A stretch of DNA of 41,998 nucleotides. Source: Armatimonadota bacterium (GTDB lineage: Bacteria > Armatimonadota > Zipacnadia > Zipacnadales > UBA5352). Of the stretch, positions 19,115 through 27,951 are shown one piece after another. The stretch is taken from NCBI GenBank assembly GCA_046540615.1, contig JBKHFA010000003.1, positions 1-41,998 on the forward strand, written 5' to 3'. Made by a program: the position numbers and the translations under genes. How positions within the stretch are numbered: the first letter of the stretch is position 1; each line of letters begins with the position of its first letter. Below the pieces are notes generated by a model. It was not told the DNA's origin, did not search any database, and saw nothing but the letters and a program-made list of their open reading frames with translations.

Positions 19115-20082
19115 GACTGAGCGTGGAGGTGTCGGTCTGCATCGTTTCTTATAACTGTCGCGACCTGCTGGCCGCGTGCCTGCACAGCATTGACGAGCAC
19201 CGGAGCGATCTTGCGATCGAGATCGTCGTGGTGGACAACGCGTCCGCCGATGGCACCGTGGAGATGCTGCGGGATGAGTTCCCGGATGTGATTGCTGTCG
19301 CGAGCGAGGAGAATCTCGGCTTTGCCGGTGGCACCAACCTTGCGGTCGAGCACGCGTCGGCCGACACGCTGGTGCTGCTCAACCCGGACACGGAGGTATG
19401 CCCGGGCACGCTGGAGCGAGTGGCGGAGTTTGTGCAGGAGTATCCCGAGGTCGGCGCGGCGGGGCCCGCGGTCTACGGTCCGGATGGGAGGCTCCAGCAC
19501 ACCTGCCATGCGTTCCCGCGTCTGTGGCTGAGCCTGATCAGTCAGGTTGGGCTCCACCGCGCGTTTCCTCGCAGTCGCGTCTTCGGCGCGTATGAGATGA
19601 CGTGGTGGGATCACGCTGAACCCAGGCGCGTGGACTGGCTCTCGGGAGTGTGCATTGCGACCACGCGGCGGGTCTGGGAGCGGGCAGGACCGCTTGATGA
19701 AGGATACTTCATGTACGCGGAGGACGTTGACTGGTGCTACCGCCTCAAGCAGGCCGGCTACGATCGCTGGTATCTGCCTGATGCTCAGATCATGCATCAT
19801 GAGGCCGGAAGTTGGGCGGACGCGCCGCGGGAGCGCATCCTCGCGTCGCACAGCGCGAACTTCCGCTTCTTCGGCAAGCACTACGGCCATCTCGCGGAGG
19901 TCGCGCAGAGGCTGCTGGTGATGACGGGCGGGATGATTCGCGGCAGCTTCTGGAACATCATGGGGCCGATGCTCGGTGAGCAGAAGGAGATCGTGAGCAA
20001 CACGGAGACTCATTTCAGCGTGGCGAAGTCTGCGATCGCGATGGAGGAGACGTATTTCCGGACGAGGGATCGGGGGGACTGA
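19111..20082 (+). CDS. Glycosyltransferase family 2 (WbbL-like)
   Basis: IVSYN, VVDNASADGT, NLGFAGGTN, LLNPD, YFMYAEDVDWC. Confidence 0.9.
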   Translation: MRLSVEVSVCIVSYNCRDLLAACLHSIDEHRSDLAIEIVVVDNASADGTVEMLRDEFPDVIAVASEENLGFAGGTNLAVEHASADTLVLLNPDTEVCPGTLERVAEFVQEYPEVGAAGPAVYGPDGRLQHTCHAFPRLWLSLISQVGLHRAFPRSRVFGAYEMTWWDHAEPRRVDWLSGVCIATTRRVWERAGPLDEGYFMYAEDVDWCYRLKQAGYDRWYLPDAQIMHHEAGSWADAPRERILASHSANFRFFGKHYGHLAEVAQRLLVMTGGMIRGSFWNIMGPMLGEQKEIVSNTETHFSVAKSAIAMEETYFRTRDRGD

Positions 20083-20083
20083 G

Positions 20084-21232
20084 TTGGGTGGGCGGGGTCT
20101 GCGGATAGGGATTGACGCGCGCGCGGTCTCGTATGCGAAGACAGGGGACCGCAGTTACACGCTGGGGCTGATAGACGGGCTCGCGCGGCTCAGTGAGATC
20201 GGAGAGACGGCGCACGAGTTCGTTCTTTTCTTCGACCGCGAGCCACCGCCGGAGCTTCCTTGCATCCGCAACGGCGAGTTAGCGCCGGAGTGGGACGTTC
20301 AGACTCTCTCCGCGGCGCATCCGAGGCTGTGGACGCTGACTTCTCTGCCGCGGGCGGCGCGCAGGCTGGGAGTCGATGTGCTGCATGTTCAGTACAATGG
20401 CCCCCGGGTGCGGGATCCCGCCCTCGTCACCACCGTCCACGACGTCAGTTTCCGCCTCTTTCCTGAGTGGTTCTCACTCAAGGACCGCCTCGTGCTTGAT
20501 CTGGGGCTTCGCTCCACGCTGTCGGTGGCCCGGCACGTCTTTGCGGTCTCTGAGTGCACGCGGGAGGACATCGCGGAGGTCTACGGCGTCGATGAGCAGC
20601 AGATTTCGGTGACATACAACGCGCTTCCGCCGGGTTTCGAGCCACCTGAGTCCGGCGACGTAGAGAGCACGCTTGAGCGTCACGGCGTTGCGCGGCCCTA
20701 CGTCGTCTTCGTCGGTGTGCGGCAGCCGCGCAAGAACTTGCCCCGGGCAATTCGCGCGTTCTCCGCGGCAAAAGCGGAGCGGGGGCTCTCTCATCGGCTG
20801 GTGCTGGTGGGCAAGCGTGGATGGCAGGCGAGTGAGACTGAGCGGATGATCGAGGATGCGGGGGAGGACGTTCAGTCGATCGGGTATGTGCCGGATTGTG
20901 ATCTACCGGCGTTGTACGCTGGCGCGGACCTGCTGCTCTTTCCATCGCTTTACGAGGGCTTCGGCATCCCGGTGCTGGAGGCGTTTGCCTGCGGGACTCC
21001 GGTGGTGACGTCGGACGTGTCGGCTTTGCCCGAAGTCGCGGGGGATGCGGCGGTGCTGGTTGATCCTTGTGATGAGAGCGCAATTGCGGATGGAGTTCAG
21101 CGTGTGCTCGACGATGCGGCGCTACGCGAGGAGCTTGTGAAGTGCGGTCAGAGGCGAGTGCGGCAGTTTGACTGGCTGGAGACCGCGCGACGGACGGTGA
21201 AGGGATATGAGCGGGCGGTGGCCCGGTCATGA
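20084..21232 (+). CDS. Glycosyltransferase family 4
   Basis: RIGIDAR, TVHD, PRKN, FPSLYEGFGIPVLEAFACGTPV, LPEVAGDAA. Confidence 0.92.
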   Translation: MGGRGLRIGIDARAVSYAKTGDRSYTLGLIDGLARLSEIGETAHEFVLFFDREPPPELPCIRNGELAPEWDVQTLSAAHPRLWTLTSLPRAARRLGVDVLHVQYNGPRVRDPALVTTVHDVSFRLFPEWFSLKDRLVLDLGLRSTLSVARHVFAVSECTREDIAEVYGVDEQQISVTYNALPPGFEPPESGDVESTLERHGVARPYVVFVGVRQPRKNLPRAIRAFSAAKAERGLSHRLVLVGKRGWQASETERMIEDAGEDVQSIGYVPDCDLPALYAGADLLLFPSLYEGFGIPVLEAFACGTPVVTSDVSALPEVAGDAAVLVDPCDESAIADGVQRVLDDAALREELVKCGQRRVRQFDWLETARRTVKGYERAVARS

Positions 21233-22107
21233 ATCGCCCGGAGCTTTCGATCGTGATTGTCTCGTGGAACACCCGCGACCTGCTTGACGCGTGTCTCACC
21301 AGCATTCGGGAGGCTCCGGATGGGGTATCCCGCGAGGTCATCGTGGTTGACAACGCCTCGGATGACGGCACCGCGGAGATGGTGCAGAGCGCGCATCCCG
21401 ATGTAACACTCATCGCCAACGAGGGCAACGCAGGGTACGCCGCAGGCAATAATCAGGGTATTGCCCGCGCACGTGGAGAGCACGTGCTGCTGCTGAACCC
21501 GGACATCGTGGTGCATGAGGGGGCGCTTGATACTCTGGCGTGGTTCTTGCAGGAGCATCCGGGGGCCGGCGCGGTTGCTCCGCGGCTCATCCTGCCGGAT
21601 GGCGGCGTGCAGGCGAGTTGCAGGAGCTTTCCGACGCCGGACGTGGTATTTTACGAGGCGTTTGGGCTGAGCAGGCTCTTCCCCCGAAGCCGCAGGTTCG
21701 GGAAGTACCGGATGACATGGTGGGATTACGACGACGAACGCCGCGTTGATCAGCCCATGGCGTCGGCGATCCTGGTTCGCGGCGCCGCGCTCGAGGCGGT
21801 CGGCGGGATGGACGAGGATTTCCCGATCTTCTTCAATGACGTGGACTTCTGTCTGCGACTGTGGGATGCGGGCTGGGACGTGTGGTTCACGCCTGAAGCC
21901 TCGATGGATCACGTCGGGGGCGCCGCCACTCGCCAGGTCAGGCGCAGGATGCTCACCGAATCGCATCGCAGCTTCGTGCGCTTCTACCGGAAGCACTACC
22001 GTGGGCGGATCGCATGGTGGAAGTACCTGGCCGCGCTTGCGCTGCTCAAGCTCGGGCACGGTGTTCGGGTGCTCGCACACAGCCTCAGACAGGGGCGTGA
22101 GGCTTGA
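21229..22107 (+). CDS. Glycosyltransferase family 2 (WbbL-like), second copy
   Basis: IVSWN, VVDNASDDGT, NAGYAAGNN, LLNPD, FPIFFNDVDFC; ATGA overlap. Confidence 0.9.
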   Translation: MNRPELSIVIVSWNTRDLLDACLTSIREAPDGVSREVIVVDNASDDGTAEMVQSAHPDVTLIANEGNAGYAAGNNQGIARARGEHVLLLNPDIVVHEGALDTLAWFLQEHPGAGAVAPRLILPDGGVQASCRSFPTPDVVFYEAFGLSRLFPRSRRFGKYRMTWWDYDDERRVDQPMASAILVRGAALEAVGGMDEDFPIFFNDVDFCLRLWDAGWDVWFTPEASMDHVGGAATRQVRRRMLTESHRSFVRFYRKHYRGRIAWWKYLAALALLKLGHGVRVLAHSLRQGREA

Positions 22108-22232
22108 GCCGAAGGGCCTCGTGGAGTGGTCGGATCCGGGAGGTCCTGGGTGCTGAGGCGGAGAAGATGCACTCATGCGCGCCACCTTCGCCGGCTGGCG
22201 CAGTTTGATGGATCCTCCTCATCGGAGGAGAC

Positions 22233-23528
22233 GTGAGGGAGGCGTCGCGGTTGACTGACCATCGTTCGGAGGAAAGGCGCGCGGAGGTCGAGGGTTCGCG
22301 AAGTCGGCGCTCGCTGCTTTACGCAATTGCGATTCTTCTTGTGCTTATGCTGATCATGTCCGGCACGACCCATCTTCTGACGGTGCGGCCAGCGGCCCTG
22401 GTCGGATTTCCGGTGATGATCATCGCAGCGACATCGCTGCTGCTTTTGCTGCTCTATCTCGTCGGTCCCCGTGGGCGTTCAGACGAGGATGACCCGGTGA
22501 GAGTGGTGACGAGCGCGATGGTTCCGGCCCTCGGGATCGATCCGCAGACCGGCCGGATCCTGGCGGCGAACGATGAGGCCGCCGAGTTCTTTGGCGGTGA
22601 CCGGACCGCTCCGGGCGGCCACCTCGCCGAAGTGCTGGATGGCGGGCCATCGGAAGAGGCCGGCAGCATCGTGCGCGAAACGCTCGACCGCGGAGAGGTT
22701 GAGGCCCAGGCATGTTCGGTGCGCAGAGCATCAGGAAAGCCGGCCGTGGTGCGACTGACGGCGCGGCTCGTGGAGAGGGAGCGTTCCCCGTTCATCGTCA
22801 TCGGCATCGCGGAGAACGAGGTCAGTGATGTGGTGGCCGAGTTTGCGCGTATCCAGGAGCGCCTGATGTCGAACATAAGTCACGAACTGCGCACTCCGCT
22901 GAACGTGGTGATGGGTTTCTCTGAGCTTCTCGTCACCGGAACGCTCGGGGAGATGCCGCCGAATCAGCTTGACGCGGCGGAGGAGTGTCATGAGGGCGGG
23001 GAGAGGATGTTGCGGCTGATCAATGACATCCTTGATGTCGGACGCAGCCGGAGTTACTACCTTGATGGGGAGACGCGTTCGCTCTCGCCGCTTGAGATGA
23101 TTCGGCGTGTTGAGAGCCTGCTGGTGGGTCAGGCGCGGAGGGAGGAGTTGCGTCTCGAACTCGACCTCGACGAGTCGCTGCCGGTGGTGGAGATCGAGGA
23201 GCGGGCGTTTAAGCAGCTCGTGTACCATCTGATCGTCAACAGCATGAGCAGGAGCGCGGCGGGAGACACCATCCGGATTGCAGCCCGGCGTGATGATGGT
23301 CAGATGGTGCTGTCCGTCTCGGACTCGGGAGAAGCGGTGACGGAGGACGTCCGGCCTCAGCCGATGCCGTCGGTCGCCGAGCACGACGCGGCGGAGACGC
23401 TTGCACCGCCTCTGCTGGGCCTGCGATTGTGCGCGACTCTCGCCGAGCGACTCGGGGGGAACTTTTCCACGGAGTCTGACGAGGATGGTACGAGATTGAT
23501 AGTGCGGCTGCCGCTCTTGCGCTCATGA
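22233..23528 (+). CDS. Membrane sensor histidine kinase-like protein (2 TM, PAS-like, HisKA, degenerate HATPase)
   Basis: H-box SNISHELRTPLN; PAS-like DPQTGRILAANDEAAEFFG; N, G1 and G2 boxes altered; GGAGG SD before GTG. Confidence 0.85.
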   Translation: MREASRLTDHRSEERRAEVEGSRSRRSLLYAIAILLVLMLIMSGTTHLLTVRPAALVGFPVMIIAATSLLLLLLYLVGPRGRSDEDDPVRVVTSAMVPALGIDPQTGRILAANDEAAEFFGGDRTAPGGHLAEVLDGGPSEEAGSIVRETLDRGEVEAQACSVRRASGKPAVVRLTARLVERERSPFIVIGIAENEVSDVVAEFARIQERLMSNISHELRTPLNVVMGFSELLVTGTLGEMPPNQLDAAEECHEGGERMLRLINDILDVGRSRSYYLDGETRSLSPLEMIRRVESLLVGQARREELRLELDLDESLPVVEIEERAFKQLVYHLIVNSMSRSAAGDTIRIAARRDDGQMVLSVSDSGEAVTEDVRPQPMPSVAEHDAAETLAPPLLGLRLCATLAERLGGNFSTESDEDGTRLIVRLPLLRS

Positions 23529-23570
23529 TCACCCGGCCGGCAGGGATGCGTTCATCTGGAGGGAGCCGAC

Positions 23571-25904
23571 ATGCGAACCTGTGACGTTCGGATGTTCCGT
23601 CGGATCGCCCTGCTCTGTGTGATGCTCGCGTTCGTGGCGCCGACCGCGGTCGTGGGGCAGGAGAATCTCGTGGCGAATCCCGGGTTCGAGGTGGATGAGG
23701 ACGGCGATGGTCTGCCTGACGGATGGACCTTCCAGTGGGAGCGCACACACGCCGGCGACACTGACGAGATGGGCCGGATGGAGCCGGACTGGGGCGTGGA
23801 CGGAGAGATTGCGCACAGCGGAGAGCATTCCGTGCGGGCCGGTGTTGAGCGCGCGATCGACGACGGACTGTGGCAGCAGGAGAATATTGAGCTTCCCGAG
23901 GGAATCGACGTATTTCGGCTGAGCGCGTGGCTCAAGGTGGAGGGGGCTGACGGAGGGACCGCGCACGTTGCGGTGATCTACCGCGACGAGGACAACGGAT
24001 GGCTGGGGGCTGATTACAACGCGATTCTCGTCCGAGAGGACACCGACTGGCGGAAGTTCACGACGCTCTTTCAGCCTCCGGAGGGCACGCAGCACCTCCG
24101 GATGAGACTCTGGGCGAATTTCAACCGCCGAGGACCGATCACCGCGTGGTTTGACGACATCAGCATCGAGCCGACGGACCTCGAGGAGATGCCGCCGCTG
24201 ACCCACGTTGATCCGACCCCGATGCCCGAGGTGACCGAGGCGGACCGCGAGCGGGGATACGTGCCCTTCGCAGTGAGCTACCTCGATGTCGTGATGCCCG
24301 CGATCGTTCCGACGGCGGATCAACTCAATCCGTCGCTGCGTATCATGGCGGCGCCGGGCGAGCGCGAGCCGATCAGCTTCGCGGTGCGGGCGCTGGAGGA
24401 TCAGCAGGGGATGGTGGCGAGCATCGACGGCTTCAGCGGTGAAGCCGGAGTCCTCCCGGAGGATGCGATGCACGAGGGCGTGGTGCGGAATTTGACGCGG
24501 AAGATCCATCCGCGCACCGACGACATGCTCCTTCTGCCGGCGTTCATCGAGGACATGCGACCGGTGGACGTGCCGGCGAACGAGTCCCGCTGGTACTGGT
24601 TCACTGTCGATGTGCCGGAGGATGCGGAGGCGGGCGTGTATTCAGCGACCATCAGCATCACATCAAGCGGCGGCGGAGCGGAGATCCCCGTGGAGCTTGA
24701 GGTGCTGCCGATCACGCTGATGCGCCCCGAGGGCGTCGCGTGGGGCATGTATGATTACATGCACCGGGCGTATTCCGACGCGCCCGATGCCATCGAGCAA
24801 AAGTTCATCGATCAGCGGGCGCACGGCATGACATCGGTGGGGCTTTGCGGCACGCACGGGGTCGAGACGGAGATGGTCGATGGCCGGGTGCGGATGAACT
24901 GGACGGGCGAGACGAATCTGGAGCGGGCGATGAACGCCTACGTGACGGCGGGCTTTCCCGAGCCGATCCAGTGGCTGATCGCGGGCGACATCTCGCGTTT
25001 CGCGCGGCAGTTCGGCGAGGTGGGGGGGCCCGAGTATGCCGACGCCTACCGCGGCGTGATCGAGGCGGTGCTGGCGAAGGCGGAGCAGGAGGGCTGGCCG
25101 GAGATCATCTTCCAGCCGGTGGACGAAGCGTTCGAGCATCGGCCCCGCTTTGAGCGCATGATGGTTGAGATGAAGATTCTCAAGGAGATGGGCCTGCAGG
25201 TTGAGGCGGACGGGATGAACGGCAATCCCGAGGGCCTTGAGCAGGCGCTGCCTTACATGGACTACCTTAACTTCCACGACGGTCCTTTCCTGCGGCGCGG
25301 GGTCTACGACGCAGTGGCGTGGGAGCAGTTCCGCGCGCGGATGGAGGCGCTCGGCAAGACGATCTGGTTTTACAACGTCGAGATCGCGTCGCATCGGCCT
25401 GAGAACGCGCGTTTCTCTCAGGGCTTTCATCTGTGGAACACGGGAGCGAAGGGCGCGTACACGTGGTCCTACCGCTCGGTGATCGACGATCCCTACGCGC
25501 CGAACCCGGACACGCGATTCATCTTTATGCACCGCTTTCCGCCGATGGGCGAGGAGACGGGCGGACCGTCGATCGGCTTCGAGGCACTGCGGGAAGGGAT
25601 CGACGACTATCACTATCTGCACACGTGGGATCAGCTTTGCGAGCAGGCTCTCGTGGCGGGGACTGACGAGCAGAGGGAGCTTGTCCGCAGTTCGCGGGCG
25701 TGGATCGCCGAGAAGCTGGCGGACATTGATTACTCGCAGTGGATGGGGTGGCCGACGCAGGGCGAGTGGACCGGGGGCGCCACCGTGACGGAGGACGGCG
25801 GCGCGGCGAGGGCGGGGCATTTGAAAGTCCCGGGCGTGTGGGATTACGACGAGTATGATGAGATCCGCGGGCGGCTCGCGCGGTGGATCGAAGAACTCCA
25901 GTGA
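23571..25904 (+). CDS. Secreted carbohydrate-binding-domain protein with DUF4091 / GH123-like glycoside hydrolase domain
   Basis: Signal peptide; NLVANPGFE and AWFDDISI (CBM4/9-like); APGEREP; PVDE acidic pair; PSIGFEALREGIDD. Confidence 0.7.
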   Translation: MRTCDVRMFRRIALLCVMLAFVAPTAVVGQENLVANPGFEVDEDGDGLPDGWTFQWERTHAGDTDEMGRMEPDWGVDGEIAHSGEHSVRAGVERAIDDGLWQQENIELPEGIDVFRLSAWLKVEGADGGTAHVAVIYRDEDNGWLGADYNAILVREDTDWRKFTTLFQPPEGTQHLRMRLWANFNRRGPITAWFDDISIEPTDLEEMPPLTHVDPTPMPEVTEADRERGYVPFAVSYLDVVMPAIVPTADQLNPSLRIMAAPGEREPISFAVRALEDQQGMVASIDGFSGEAGVLPEDAMHEGVVRNLTRKIHPRTDDMLLLPAFIEDMRPVDVPANESRWYWFTVDVPEDAEAGVYSATISITSSGGGAEIPVELEVLPITLMRPEGVAWGMYDYMHRAYSDAPDAIEQKFIDQRAHGMTSVGLCGTHGVETEMVDGRVRMNWTGETNLERAMNAYVTAGFPEPIQWLIAGDISRFARQFGEVGGPEYADAYRGVIEAVLAKAEQEGWPEIIFQPVDEAFEHRPRFERMMVEMKILKEMGLQVEADGMNGNPEGLEQALPYMDYLNFHDGPFLRRGVYDAVAWEQFRARMEALGKTIWFYNVEIASHRPENARFSQGFHLWNTGAKGAYTWSYRSVIDDPYAPNPDTRFIFMHRFPPMGEETGGPSIGFEALREGIDDYHYLHTWDQLCEQALVAGTDEQRELVRSSRAWIAEKLADIDYSQWMGWPTQGEWTGGATVTEDGGAARAGHLKVPGVWDYDEYDEIRGRLARWIEELQ

Positions 25905-25953
25905 CCCACGAGACACGAAGCAGGCAGCGCGGGGCTCAAGGCGCGTGTAATCG

Positions 25954-27951
25954 ATGACACTCGCGACGCCCATCTGGCTGGTGGCCGCCGCCTCGATCGT
26001 TGTGCCGATCCTGATCCATCTCTTCGGCAGGCCAAGGCCCCGACTGCAGCGCTTCCCGTCGCTGATGTTGCTGCGGCGGGCTCAGAGCGAACGTCGCAGC
26101 ACGGCTCGCGTGCGGCGGATCGTCACACTGATATTGCGCTGTCTGGCGCTGATTCTGCTCGCCCTCGTTCTGTCAGGGCCGTTGAGCGAGTGGGCGCCGC
26201 TCGCGCGCCTCGGTGAGCCCCCCGGAGCCACCGCGATCGTCCTCGACACCTCGCCGAGCATGGCGGCAAACGGAGACGCCGGACGGCCCCTCGATCGCGC
26301 CCGCGCCGCCGGTCTGGCGCTGGTGGAGGCGCTGCCGGCAAACCGCGAGGTCGTCTTCAGCGAGCATGGCTGGAGCCCACGGACTCTCACTCCCCCCGAG
26401 GCGGCAGAGGCCATCGTGGGGGCGGAAAGAAGCGATCGGCGGGCGAGGCTCGGCGATGACCTCTCCTCGCTGCTGAGGTCTGGTCGGGATATCTCGCGCG
26501 TCTTCCTGCTCACTGACGCTCAGGCCACCTCACTGACCACTCTGCCGGAGCGCCTTCCGTCGCGGATACGCGCAATCGTCGTTGATGCAGGCGTTGAGGT
26601 GCCAGGAAACTCGGCGGTGGACGATCTGAGATCTGACAGTCAGGTGCATCTGCGTCAGAGGCCCGCCGACCTGATCGTGACCACCCGCAGCTTCGGTGAG
26701 ACCGCCGGGCGGGTCCCGGTGACAGTGGACGTCGAGGGGGAGGAACTCGTCGCGGGGATCGATCTGCTGCCTGATGTGCAGACGACCGCGAGTGTGGAGA
26801 TCATGCCTCGTGAAGCCGGGGTGCTCACGGGGGTGGCCTCGCTGCCTGCAGACGCGTTGAAAGCGGATGACCGCCGGGTCTTTGCGACGGTCGTACGAGA
26901 GCGCGTGCGGGTGGCGGTGATCGGGGAGGAGGACCGAACGCGTTTCATCGAGGCGGCGCTCGCGCCTTACCCCGCCGCCGATCCGCGGTCGCCCGTCGAA
27001 CTTGTGAGCGAGGACGAACTGGCCGGCGGAGCAGCGCCTGACGCAGTGATCGTCGCTGGCGCGACCCTCGGGGAGGAGACGGAGTCGCTGCTGCGCGATC
27101 TCGCGGAGGGGGGCACGGGCGTTATGTTGTTTGCACAGGCGGGGCAGGCGGTCGATGACGCGCTCGGCTTCGGTGGGGTGAGCGTCGGCGAGGCCGCTCG
27201 CCGCGAACCACCCCTCGCGCTGGCGGAACTTGCGACCGGGCGGGCCCCGCTGGATGAATTCGTTGAACCCGGAGCGGGCGACCTCTCCGCGGCTCGCTTC
27301 GGGAGTGTCCCGGAGGTGCGAATGACCGATCAGGCGTCGGCGGTGGTACTTGCGCGCTACGACGACGGGACGCCCGCGCTGCTGGAGGGAGCGGTCGGGC
27401 TCGGGCGGACACTGCTCTTCGCGACATCTCCGGACGATGCGTGGTCGGATCTCGTCCGCATGCCCGAGTTTGTGCCGCTGATGCACCGGCTTGTGCTGCA
27501 TCTCAGCGCAGGAGGTGCGCCGACGATCCTCGCGGCTCCTCCAGGGGAAACGATCGTCGCCGATCTTCCCCACGACGCCGGCGATCTTCGCGCTGTCGAT
27601 CCCGACGGTCACCGTCTGCCCGTCGAGCAGATCGACGGGGCCTGGCGCTTCACGGCGAGATCGGTCGGCGTCCACCGTCTGCAGTCGCAGGGGGAGGACA
27701 TTGCGGCTTTCGCGGTCAACCTCGACCGCGCAGAGTCGGAGCCCGCGCGTCTGTCTGACGACGAGGTGCGCCGGTGGCTGGGTAGTCCGCGCGCGGAGGT
27801 GGTCGGCGTGGACGATCTGCCGGGATTGCTGGAGCGCCTCGGACCGGGCGCGGCGGAGCTGTCATCGCTGATTGCGCTCCTGGCGCTGCTGATCGTGGCG
27901 GTGGAGTCCGTGCAGTCGCTTCGCCCACCGGGGAGTGGCAGGGATGAGTGA
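25954..27951 (+). CDS. BatA N-terminal / von Willebrand factor A domain membrane protein
   Basis: PILIHL...FPSL.LL...LRCLAL (BatA); IVLDTSPSM (MIDAS DxSxS); LLTD; WSDL...FVPL; FAVNL...ES; C-terminal TM. Confidence 0.85.
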   Translation: MTLATPIWLVAAASIVVPILIHLFGRPRPRLQRFPSLMLLRRAQSERRSTARVRRIVTLILRCLALILLALVLSGPLSEWAPLARLGEPPGATAIVLDTSPSMAANGDAGRPLDRARAAGLALVEALPANREVVFSEHGWSPRTLTPPEAAEAIVGAERSDRRARLGDDLSSLLRSGRDISRVFLLTDAQATSLTTLPERLPSRIRAIVVDAGVEVPGNSAVDDLRSDSQVHLRQRPADLIVTTRSFGETAGRVPVTVDVEGEELVAGIDLLPDVQTTASVEIMPREAGVLTGVASLPADALKADDRRVFATVVRERVRVAVIGEEDRTRFIEAALAPYPAADPRSPVELVSEDELAGGAAPDAVIVAGATLGEETESLLRDLAEGGTGVMLFAQAGQAVDDALGFGGVSVGEAARREPPLALAELATGRAPLDEFVEPGAGDLSAARFGSVPEVRMTDQASAVVLARYDDGTPALLEGAVGLGRTLLFATSPDDAWSDLVRMPEFVPLMHRLVLHLSAGGAPTILAAPPGETIVADLPHDAGDLRAVDPDGHRLPVEQIDGAWRFTARSVGVHRLQSQGEDIAAFAVNLDRAESEPARLSDDEVRRWLGSPRAEVVGVDDLPGLLERLGPGAAELSSLIALLALLIVAVESVQSLRPPGSGRDE

